Source of the DNA: Euprymna scolopes
Lineage: Eukaryota
NCBI GenBank assembly: GCA_053919585.1
Contig: CM132815.1
DNA: 64,000 nt
Strand: one strand, 5' to 3'
Shown: piece after piece, positions 54,101-64,000 of the stretch
Numbering within the stretch: position 1 is the stretch's first letter
How the letters are laid out: every line of letters begins with the position of its first letter
Translations under genes and position numbers: made by a program
Notes under the pieces: model-generated
Database searches by the model: none
Told to the model about the DNA's origin: nothing
The model's input: only the letters and a program-made list of their open reading frames with translations

Positions 54101-57100
54101 GTAGCAGTTTCAAAAAGCCCAGTATCAGCATCCGAAATGAAAACACACATCACAAACATATTGGATACACTTAGCATTAAACCAACAAGCCAAATACCAA
54201 TGATTTCAACAATGCAGGCTGCAACAATGGAACAAGAAAGCTTACTCACTGAAAAGCCAGTTTCAAAAAGTGAGGTATCAGTTTCCGCAATAGAAGAGAT
54301 TAAAGACCCTGTCACAGCCACGCCGGACACACTTAGCACCGAACTAGTAGCATCAACACTTTTACAGCATCTGCTTTCAACAGTGAAAACTCCAACAGTG
54401 GAAAAAATAAGTTTATCCACAGAAGAAAACGTTTTCAAAAGTGAGGTAACAGATTCAAAAACTAAAACAACAATCACTGACAGATTGGATGCAGTAATCA
54501 TTGAACCAATGAAAGATATCCGAGCACTGTCACAAGATCTGATTTCCACAGTTCCAACCTCAACAATGGAACAAGAAAGTTTGGCAAAAACAGTTTCGAA
54601 AAGTGGGACTTCAGAAATCAAAAAACATGTTAAAGACATATTGGATGCACTTAGCACTGGACCGACGAGACAAATACAAACACTATTACAAGACGTGATG
54701 CCAACAATTGAACAAGGAAGCTTGTCCACTGATAAAATTGCTTCAAAAACGGAGGTATCAGTTTCAGAAATGGATGCACACATGACAGGCACATCGGATG
54801 TTTTAGTAACCAGATCCACAACACAAATATCCACAGATCCGATTTCAAAAGGGAAAGCACCAACACTGGAACAAGATAGTTCATCAACTAAAAAAACAGT
54901 TTCAAAAACTGTTGTATCAAGTTCAGAAATGAAAATGCACGTCACAGATGCATGGGATACGGTTAACAATACATTAACAAAACAAACAGCAACAGCACTA
55001 AGAGATCCGATTATTAAACTATACATTCCAATAATGGAACAAGAAAGTTTGTCAACTAAAAAAACACATGTGAAACTACAAACAGAAACTGAAACACCTA
55101 TTACCGACGAATTAGATTTGTTTCACACTCAGACTACAAAAAAACCTTCAAAATTATTGCATGATATGATTTCACATGGGAAAATTCCAACAACACATCA
55201 GGAAAGTTCTATTGATGAGAAAATCACAACAGCTTTGACACCAGCTGTAACTGATACACAACCAAGTCCTGATTGTGATGTCCTCTGTGCTACACCAGCA
55301 GTAGATGTAGATTCTTCAACAATAACTGAGGAATTATCTGTGATAACATCTACCACAACCAAAATGGATTTGGCTAGTTACCAACAGGTCACCATGACAC
55401 AAAAAAACTCATCAGTATCAACTGATATTTTAACGACACCAACTACAAATGAGACAGTATTTTCTACAGAAACAGTTGGCTCATCATCATCATTAGATAG
55501 GAGAACAAGAAAATCAACTTTATTGCAAGATGTTATTTCAACAGCGCAACCATCAACAATTGATCAAAAAAGCTTGCCAACAGGAATAAAGGATAGGAAA
55601 ACTGACAGATCGTTATCAGAAAGCGGAACGCATATCATGGGCACAATGGATACAAGCTTCGAACCAACGACACAAATATCAACAGAAATACAAGATTTTA
55701 TTTCAACAATGAGACAAGAAAGTTTGTCAACTGATAAAACAGTTTTAAAAAGTGAGCTACTATCTTCAGATATCAAAATGCATATCACAGGCACATTGAA
55801 TGCATTTGGAAACAAATCAACGTTGCAACCTCCAACAATTGATCAAAAAAGCTTCTCAATGGAAAAACCAGTTTCAGGTTTTCAAATGATCACACCAATC
55901 ACTGAAAAAGTGTATATAGTTGGTTCTAAACCAACAACACAAATATCTACGGAAAGACAAGATCAGATTTCAACAGTGCAAACTCCTACGATGAAACAAG
56001 ACCGTTTGTCGACTGATAAAAACATTTCAAAAATTGAGTCATCTGTTTCAGAAATGGAAACACACGTCACAGATATATTTGATCCATTTAGCACTGTGTT
56101 AACAAAACAAGTATTAACAGAGTTACAAGGTCTGACTACAATAGTCCAAAGTCCAACATTAAAACAAGCAAGATTGCCAACTTCAAAACCTGTTTCAAAA
56201 TATGTAGAATTACAAACTCCAACACTTGAAGCAGAAAGTTTGTCAACTGGAAAAATTGCCACAAAAAATGATATATCAGAATCAGAAACCGAGAAATTAA
56301 TCACCGATAGACTAGAGACACTGAGAACAAAACCAGCAAAACAAACCTTAAAAATATTGCAAGATCTGATTTCCACAATTGATCCAGAAAGTTTGCCGAC
56401 CGAAAAAACAGTTTTGAAAAGTGAAAACACAACTTCAGAAACAAAACCAATAATAACAGACATCTTGTATAGATTTAGCTCCAAACCGAAGAAAAAAATA
56501 TCAACAATATTACAAGATCTGATTTCAACAGTGCAAACGCCAAGAAGTGATCAAGAAAGTTTGTCAACTGAAAAAACAGTTTCAGAAATGAAAAAAAGTG
56601 TCACAGACATTAAACGAAGGACACAACCAATGTTAGTTTTGCAATATCTGTTTTCTACAGAACCAACCCCAACACTGGAACAGGAAAAAAAGAGAGAGGT
56701 ATCAACTTTGGGAATGAAAGCACTTATAACAGGGCAATCCCCAAGAAGTGAACAAAAAAGTTTGCCAACTGAAAAAACGGATTTGAAAAGTGAGGGAACA
56801 ACTTCAGAAATTAAAACACGAATAACGAACATATCCGATATATTTAAACAAACAACACAAATAACAGAATTACAAAGCATGATTTCAACAATTGAAACTC
56901 CAACGATTAAAGAAGAAAGTTTGTCAACTAAAAAGACTTTTCCGAAAAGTGGGGTATCTGCTTCTGAAATGAAAACAGGTATCACAGACGCATTGGATAA
57001 ACTTAGCACCAAACCAATGACACACATAAGAACACCTTTACAGTATCTGTTTTCAACAGAACAAACTCCAACACCACAACAAGAAAATAAGACAGCTTCA

Positions 57101-60100
57101 AAAAGTGAGGCATCAACTTCGGAAATAAAAGCACTAATAATGGACATCTTGGATACACTTAGCATTAAGCCAAGGACACAAATAGGAACAGATATACAAG
57201 ATCTAATTTCAACAGTAAAAATTCCAACATTTGCATCAGCTAGTTTGTCAACAGAACCAACAGTTTCCAAAAGCCAGGAAGTAGGTTCAGAAATAAGAAC
57301 GGACATTTGGGATAAACTTAGCTTTAAATCCAAGAAACAAATATCAACAACGTTACAAGATCTCATTGCAAAATTGCAAACTGTGACAATTGAACAAGAC
57401 AGTTTCTCAACTGAAGAAACTTTTTCAAAAAAGAATATATCCGTTTCAGTAATGAAAACACATGTCACAGACACATTTGATTCACTTAGTACTAATCCAA
57501 GAACACATATAACAACAGATCTACAAGATCTGATTTCAACAAGACAAGCACCAAAAGTTAAACAAGAAAGTTTGTCAATAGAAAAACATGTTTCAAAAAG
57601 TGAGGTATCACAATCAGAAATAGAAACACACGTCACAGAAACACCTAGAAGTAAACCAACAACACAAAGAGCAACAGAATTCCAATTACAAGACTTTATT
57701 TCAAAAGAGCAAACACCAACATCAGAACAAGAAAGTTTATCAACTCCAAAAATAGTTTCAAAAAGTGAAACATCAGTTCCGGAAATGAAAGCACATGTCA
57801 CAGACACATTGGATATGGCTAGCGCAAGGCCATCAACAGAATTACAGGATCTGATTTCGAAAGTTCATTTTTCAACATTGAAAGAAGAAGGTTTGCCGAC
57901 TGAAAAATCTGTTTCAATGATTGAGAAACTTAAAATAGAAACTGCAACAGCAGTTACTGACAAATTAGATAGATTTAGCACTCGAACAAGAAAGCAAACT
58001 TCCAAATTATGGCATGATATGATTGCACCTGCAAAAACCTCAACAACACATTCAGACAGTTCTACTGATGAGAAAATAACAACAGCCTTGACGTCAAGTG
58101 TAACTGATTCACAGCCAAACACTGATTGTGATGTTCTCTGTGCTACACCAGCAGTAGATTCAGATTCTTCTACTATATCTGAAGAATTATCCATTCTAAC
58201 TTCTACCACAACCAAAATGGGTTTGGCTGATTATGAACAGCTACATGCTAACATGACACAAGAAAACCCATCAGTGTCAACCGATATTTTAATGGCACCA
58301 ACCACAAAGGAAGAAACACTTCCTATGTTGTCAATGACTTCAAAAACATCTTCCATTGCAAACATATCAGCAGTACTACAAGATCTTAGTTCAACACTCC
58401 AAATATCAACAATGAGACAAGAAAGTTTTCCCACTGATAATACAATTGTGGAAGGAGAATTGGCCATTTCAGAAATGAAAACACACGTAACAGACTCATC
58501 AGCCATGCCTAGTAGTATGCCAATGATGCAACTTTCAACAGAATTAAAAACTCCAATTCCAACTTTACAAACTCCAACGATGGAAAAAGAAAGTTTATCC
58601 ACTGATAAAACAGTTTTGAAAGATGGGGTGTCAATTACAGAAATAAAAACACATACCACAGACACATTGAAAATACTTAGCACTACACCTATGACTCACA
58701 TATCGACAGAATTGCCAAATATAATTTCAACTTTACAAACTTCTACAATGGACAAAGAAAGTTTAACAACTTATGGAACAGCTTTGGAAGATGAGGTGTC
58801 AGTTAGAGAAATAAAACCATATGTCACGGATACATTGGATACACATCGCACTACACCAATGACATACATATCGAAAGATTTTCAAGATATACATTCAACT
58901 TCAGAAACCCCTACATTACACAAAGAAAATTTGCACACTGATAAAACAATTTTGAAAAATGAGGTGTCGGTTACAGAAATAAAAACACATGTCATGGACA
59001 CATTTGATACAATTAGCACTACACCAATAACAAGCATGTCCACAGAATTGCCAAGTATAATTTCAACTTTACAAACTCCAATAATAGAAGAAGAAAGTTT
59101 CTCCACTGCTAAAACAGTTTTGAAAGATGGAGTGTCAATTACAAACACATTGGATATGTTTAGCACTATACCGACAAACATATCGACAGAATTTCAAGAT
59201 CTGATTTCAACTGTACAAACTAGTATGATAGACAAAGAAAGTTTACACACCGATAAAAGTGTTTTGAAAGATGAGGTGTCAGTTACGGAAATAAAAACAC
59301 ATGTCACGGACACATTGGTTGCATTTAGAACTGCACCAACAACACAATTATCAGCAGAATTTCAAGATCTGATTCCAACTTTAGAAACTCCTATGTTAGA
59401 CAAAGGAAGTTTACACACTGATAAAACTGTTTTGATAGATGGGGTGTCAGTTACGGAAATAAAAGCACATGTCATGGACACATTGGACACGCTTAACACA
59501 ACAGCAACAACACACATATCGACAGAATTGTCACAAAAAAATTTAACTTTACAAATTCCTACAATGGAAGAGGACAGTTTATCCACAGAGAAAACTGTTT
59601 TGAAAGATGGGGTTTCAGTTACAGAAATAAAAACGCGTTTCACAGATACATTGGATATGCTTAGAACTGCACCAATAACACACATATCAGCAGAGTTTCA
59701 AGATCTAATTTCAACTTTAGAAACTCCTACATTAGACAAAGAAAGTTTACACACTAATAAAACTGTTTTGTCACATAAAATTCCAACTTTACAAACTCCA
59801 ACAATAGAAGAAGAAAGTTTATCCACTGATAAAACAGTTTTGAAAGATGGAGTGTCAATTGCAGAAATAAAAACACATGCCACAGACACATTGGAAATAC
59901 TTAGCACTATACCTATGACTCACATATCAACAGAATTGCCAAATATAATTTCAACTTTAGAAACTCCTACATTAGACAAAGAAAGTTTATACACTGATAA
60001 AACTGTTTGGAAAGATGGAGTGTCAGTTACAGAAATAAAAACACATGTCACGGACAAATTAGATACACTTAGCACTACACCAATGGCACAAATATCGACA

Positions 60101-63100
60101 GAATTACCAGATATAATTTCAACTTTACAAACTCCTACAGCAGACAAAGAAAGTTTACACACTGATAAAACTGTTTTGAAAGATGAGGTGTCAGTTACAG
60201 AAATAAAAACACATGTCACAGACACATTGGATATGCTTGGCATTACACCAACGACACATATATTAACAGAATTGCCAAGTATAATTTCAACTTTAGAAAC
60301 TCCTACAACAGACAAAGACAGTTTATCCACAGAGAAAACTGTTTTGAAAGATGAGGTGTCAATGACAGAAATAAAAACGCATGTCACGGACACATTGGAT
60401 ACGCTTAGAACTGCACCAACAACACACATATCAGCAGAGTTTCAAGATCTGATTTCAACTTTAGAAACTCCTACATTAGACAAAGAAAGTTTACACACTG
60501 ATAAAACTGTTTGGAAAGATGGAGTGTCAGTTACAGAAATAAAAACACATGTCACGGACAAATTAGATACACTTACCACTACACCAATGGCACAAATATC
60601 GACAGAATTACCAGATATAATTTCAACTTTACAAACTCCTACAACAGACAAAAAAAGTTTACACACTGATAAAACTGTTTTGAAAGATGAGGTGTCAGTT
60701 ACAGAAATAAAAACACATGTCACGGACACATTGGATATGCTTGGCATTACACCAACGACACATATATTAACAGAATTACCAGATATAATTTCAACTTTAG
60801 AAACTCCTACAACAGACAAAGACAGTTTATCCACAGAGAAAACTGTTTTGAAAGATGAGGTGTCAGTTACAGAATTAAAAGCACATGTCACAAACACATT
60901 GGATAAGCTTAACACAACATCAACGACACACATATCGACAAAATTGCCAAGTATAATTTCAACTTTAGAAACTCCTACACGAGACAAAGACAGTTTATAC
61001 ACTGATAAAACAGTTTTGAAAGATGAGGTGTCAGTTATAGAAATGAAAACACAAGTCACGGACACATTGGATACGCTTAGCACTACACCAATGACACACA
61101 TATCAACAGAATTACAAGATATAATTTCAATTATACAAACTCCAGCAATGGAAGAAGGTAGTTTATCAACTAAAAAAACGCATATCAAACTACATTCAAA
61201 AACTGAAATGCCAATTACAGACCAATTAGATAGATTCATCACTCAAACAAGAAAGCAAACTTCGAAATTATTGCGTGATATATTTTCACCAAGACAAACT
61301 ACGACACCACACCTAGGGAGTTCTGTCGATGAGAAAATAACAGTAGCCTTTACATCAGCTGGAACTGATCCGCAGCCAAGTCTGGTTTGTGATGTACTCT
61401 GTGCTGCACCAGCAATAGACGTAGATTCTGCAACCATATCTGAAGAACTCTCCATTCTAACTACCACAACTAAAGATGGTTTGGCTGATTATGAACAGCT
61501 ACTGATTAATATGACACAAGAAAATGGCACAAAGTCAACCAATACTTTAATGACATCAACTGCAAATGGAAAAACACTTTCTATGGAAACGGTTGATTCA
61601 CCAGCATTTTTGTTAGCCAGTGACACGTTAAAAGAAGATTTGATTTTCACTGAGCAAACACCTACAAAAAGTTTTTCAACTGTAAGCACAATTTCGAAAA
61701 ATGACGTATCATTTTCCGAAATCGAAGCGCATATCACAAATATATTAGGTTCACTTTCCTCTAAATCAACAACACAAATATCAACTCCTATAGCAGACCA
61801 AGTTGCAAGAGCACAAACTTCAACAATGAGACAAGAAAGTTTACTTTCGGATAAAACACTTTCAAAAAGTGAGTTACCATCTTCAAGACAAGAGAGTGTG
61901 TCTACTGAAAAAACAACTTCAAAGAGTGAGGTAATATCTTCAGAAACCCAAGCGTATACAACAGACACATTGGATACATTTAGCATGCAAACTACACAAA
62001 TACCGATATTATTACAAGTCCTGACTTCAACAGTTAAACCACCAACTATGGAACAAGAGAGTGTGTCTACTAAAAAATCAGATTATCAGAGTGAGGTAAT
62101 ATTTTCAGAAATCCAAGCAAATATCACTGACACTTTGGATACACTTAGCACTAAACTGCCAACACAAATATCAACAATTTCACAAGATTTCGTTTTGACA
62201 ATGCAAGCCGCAACAGGAGAACAAAAAAGTTTGTTCATGAACAAAACAGACTTCATACATGAGTTATCATCTTCAGACATGAAAACACATGTCACAGACA
62301 CATTGGATGTGCATAGTACTCAGCCATCTGTTACAGAAAGTAAAACACATGTCACAGACACCTTTGATGTGCTTAGTACTCAATCAATTAAAGAAAATAA
62401 AACACATGCAACGGACGTATTGGATACACTTACTACTCAACCATCAGTCACAGAAAGTAAAACACATGTCACGGACACATTGGAAGAGCTTAGTACTCAA
62501 CTGAAAGTTTCAGAAAGTAAAACACATGTCACAGACACATTTGGTATGCTTATTACTCAACCATCAGTTACAGAAAGTAAAATACATGTCACAGACACAT
62601 TGAGTGTCCTTAGTACTAAACCGTCAGTTACAGATACTAAAACACATATAACAGACGCGTTAGATGTGCTTAGTACTCAACCATCAGTTAAAGAAAGCAC
62701 AAAACATGTCACAGACGCGTTAGATGTGCTTAGTACTCAGCCATCAGTTACAATAAATAAAACACACATCATGGACGCATTATTTACAATTAGTACTCAA
62801 CCGTCAGTTACAAAAGGTAAAACAAATATCACGGACACATTTGATGTACTTAGTACTCAGCCATCAATTACAGAAAGTAAAACACTTGTTAAAGACAAAT
62901 TGGATACACTTCCAACTAAACCATCAATTACAAAAATTAAAACACATGTCACAGACACATTGGATACACTTAGTATTCAAACATCAGTCACAGAAAGTAA
63001 AACCCATGTTACAGATACATTGGATGTGATTAGTACTCAACCATCAGTTACAGAAAGTAAAATATCTATAACGGACACATTTGATGTGCTTCGTACTCAA

Positions 63101-64000
63101 CCGTCAGTTACACAAAATAAAACCCATGTTACAGGCACATTGGATGTGCTTAGTTCTCAACCATCAATTACAGAAAATAAAACATATGTCACAGGAACAT
63201 TGGATACACATAGCACACAACCATCAGTTACAGAAAGTACAACATCTATCACGGACACATTTGGTTTGTTTAGTACTCAACCATCACTTTCAGAAAATAA
63301 AACACATGTTAATGACACATTGGATGAGTTTAGTGCTCAACCCTCAGTTACAGAAAGTAAAACACATGTCACGGACACATTTGGAACACTTAGTACTCAA
63401 TCAACGGCACAAATATCGACTGAATTAGATATCCTGATTCCAACAATTCACACGCCAATGACTGAGCATGAAAGTTTATCTACTGACAAAACCGTTTCCA
63501 AAAGTGAGATATTTATTTCAGAAAGACATTTCACAGACACATTGGATATGCTTAACACTGCACCAGAATTACAAATTCCGATTTCAACTTTACAAACTCC
63601 AACAACGGAACAAGAAAGTTTGTTCACTGATAAAGAGGTTTCAAAAAGTGAGGTATCCGTTTCAAAAAAGAAAACACGTGTCACAGACACATTAAATACA
63701 ATAAGCACTAAATCAACGTCACAAATCTTAACACTTTTACAAGATACGATTTCTACAGTTCAAGCTCCAATATTCAGACGAGGAAAATTTTCAACAGTTA
63801 AACCCATTTTGGAAAGAGTGATATCTGCGGCAGTCATAACGACACCAATAACAGAAACTTTGGATAGAACTAGCATGAAATCAACAGAACAAATGTCCAC
63901 AGAATTACAAGATCTGGTTACAACACAACAGTTGGCGTTAGAACAAGAAAGTTTATCCAGTGAAAAAAACGTTTCAACTGAAATGCTAATGACAGACACA
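16980..64000 (+). CDS. Giant single coding exon (3' partial) of a probably secreted mucin-like T/S/E/K-rich protein, >=15,600 aa
   Basis: Polypyrimidine+CAG acceptor (ttttttttcag|G at 16979/16980). Frame reads PKPNLMLILVFYMLTSKPLTIHS (ATG 16997). Manual translation of many lines from 17 to 64 kb stays in this frame without stops and ends ...EKNVSTEMLMTDT at 64000. The ORF track has no + ORF in this frame, as expected only if there is no stop before the window end. All measured repeat units are multiples of 3. Confidence 0.92.
19235..19812 (+). repeat. Cryptic 19-aa (57-nt) protein repeat, I-x-V-S-L-x-C, 9 units
   Basis: Cys codons at 19310, 19367, 19424, 19481, 19538, 19595 (each +57), then 19751 and 19808 (+57). 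The first unit has Asn at 19253 (-57). Confidence 0.85.
22352..23490 (+). repeat. 36-bp coding minisatellite, ~30 copies (TETAKSTEPSFK)
   Basis: Unit acagaaactgctaaatcgactgaaccttcatttaaa, near-perfect. Confidence 0.95.
25363..26480 (+). repeat. Long intra-exonic duplicated block (copies at ~41670-42520 and ~44165-45020)
   Basis: Near-identical sequence, e.g. cagccaaactcctattttgagttggatcgatagggaaaaacagg at ~25678, ~41725 and ~44482. The ORF track shows matching antisense peptides. Confidence 0.9.
32250..32745 (+). repeat. Duplicated block, second copy at ~38220-38720
   Basis: Near-identical, including QPDFECDFLCATPAVELDT. Confidence 0.85.
33810..35050 (+). repeat. 72-bp coding tandem repeat, ~17 copies (AESSLRTRMPDSKLLSTDTITNVT)
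   Basis: Direct reading. Diverged units also occur at ~31.8, 37.6-38.0 and 40.0-40.2 kb. Confidence 0.92.
48660..49460 (+). repeat. ~800-bp duplicated block, second copy at ~57490-58290 (offset 8832)
   Basis: Antisense ORFs 49033..49383 and 57865..58215 are almost identical. Confidence 0.9.
50625..52040 (+). repeat. 165-bp coding tandem repeat, ~8.5 copies (55 aa)
   Basis: ESLTIDKTVLKDGLSITEIKPRVTDALDTLTTTPMIQISTELPDIISTLQTSTDK. Confidence 0.92.
58540..61170 (+). repeat. 168-bp (56-aa) coding repeat array with a 504-bp higher-order duplication
   Basis: Diagnostic variant gtttggaaagatgg at 60005 and 60509 (offset 504 = 3x168). Confidence 0.85.
62280..63400 (+). repeat. 60-bp coding tandem repeat, ~18 copies (KTHVTDTLDVLSTQPSVTES)
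   Basis: Units align vertically in the 60-nt lines. Confidence 0.92.

Noticed and set aside
62289-63695. + strand His/Gln/Trp-rich short ORFs
   Set aside because: Off-frame readings of the 60-bp repeat inside the giant ORF.
17308-63999. Dozens of minus-strand Val/Ser/Cys-rich ORFs up to 611 aa (e.g. 22222..23733, 50344..52179, 53557..55026)
   Set aside because: They are antisense shadows of the A/C-rich + strand ORF and its repeats (ACA/ACT codons read as TGT/AGT/GTT). They are fragmented and have no independent gene signals.

Overview
AT-rich animal genomic DNA. The repeat landscape (TA/CA/ATG microsatellites, RTE and CR1/Jockey-like LINEs, SINEs) resembles a mollusc such as an octopod; that assignment is inference. 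Bases 1 to ~16.9 kb are intergenic/intronic and full of decayed mobile elements: LINE fragments, 5S- and tRNA-derived SINEs, a mariner relic, a head-to-tail Helitron pair, MITE-like hairpins and a head-to-head pair of hammerhead-like motifs. From a clean splice acceptor at 16979/16980 to the end of the window there is one + strand reading frame (codons start at positions = 2 mod 3). It has no apparent stop for ~47 kb (>=15,668 codons from ATG 16997) and runs off the window. The ORF track misses it, presumably because it has no stop, and reports mostly its antisense shadows. The product is a giant, probably secreted Thr/Ser/Glu/Lys-rich mucin-like protein. It has a hydrophobic N-terminal segment, a basic putative pro-region with furin sites, a cryptic 19-residue I-x-V-S-L-x-C repeat domain and a Cys-flanked poly-Lys tract. 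These are followed by ~14,000 aa of repeat-derived sequence punctuated about every 920 aa by a conserved C-D-x-x-C-A-T-P-A-V-[ED]-x-D motif (14 copies). Several extra, too-close copies of that motif have lost their cysteines.
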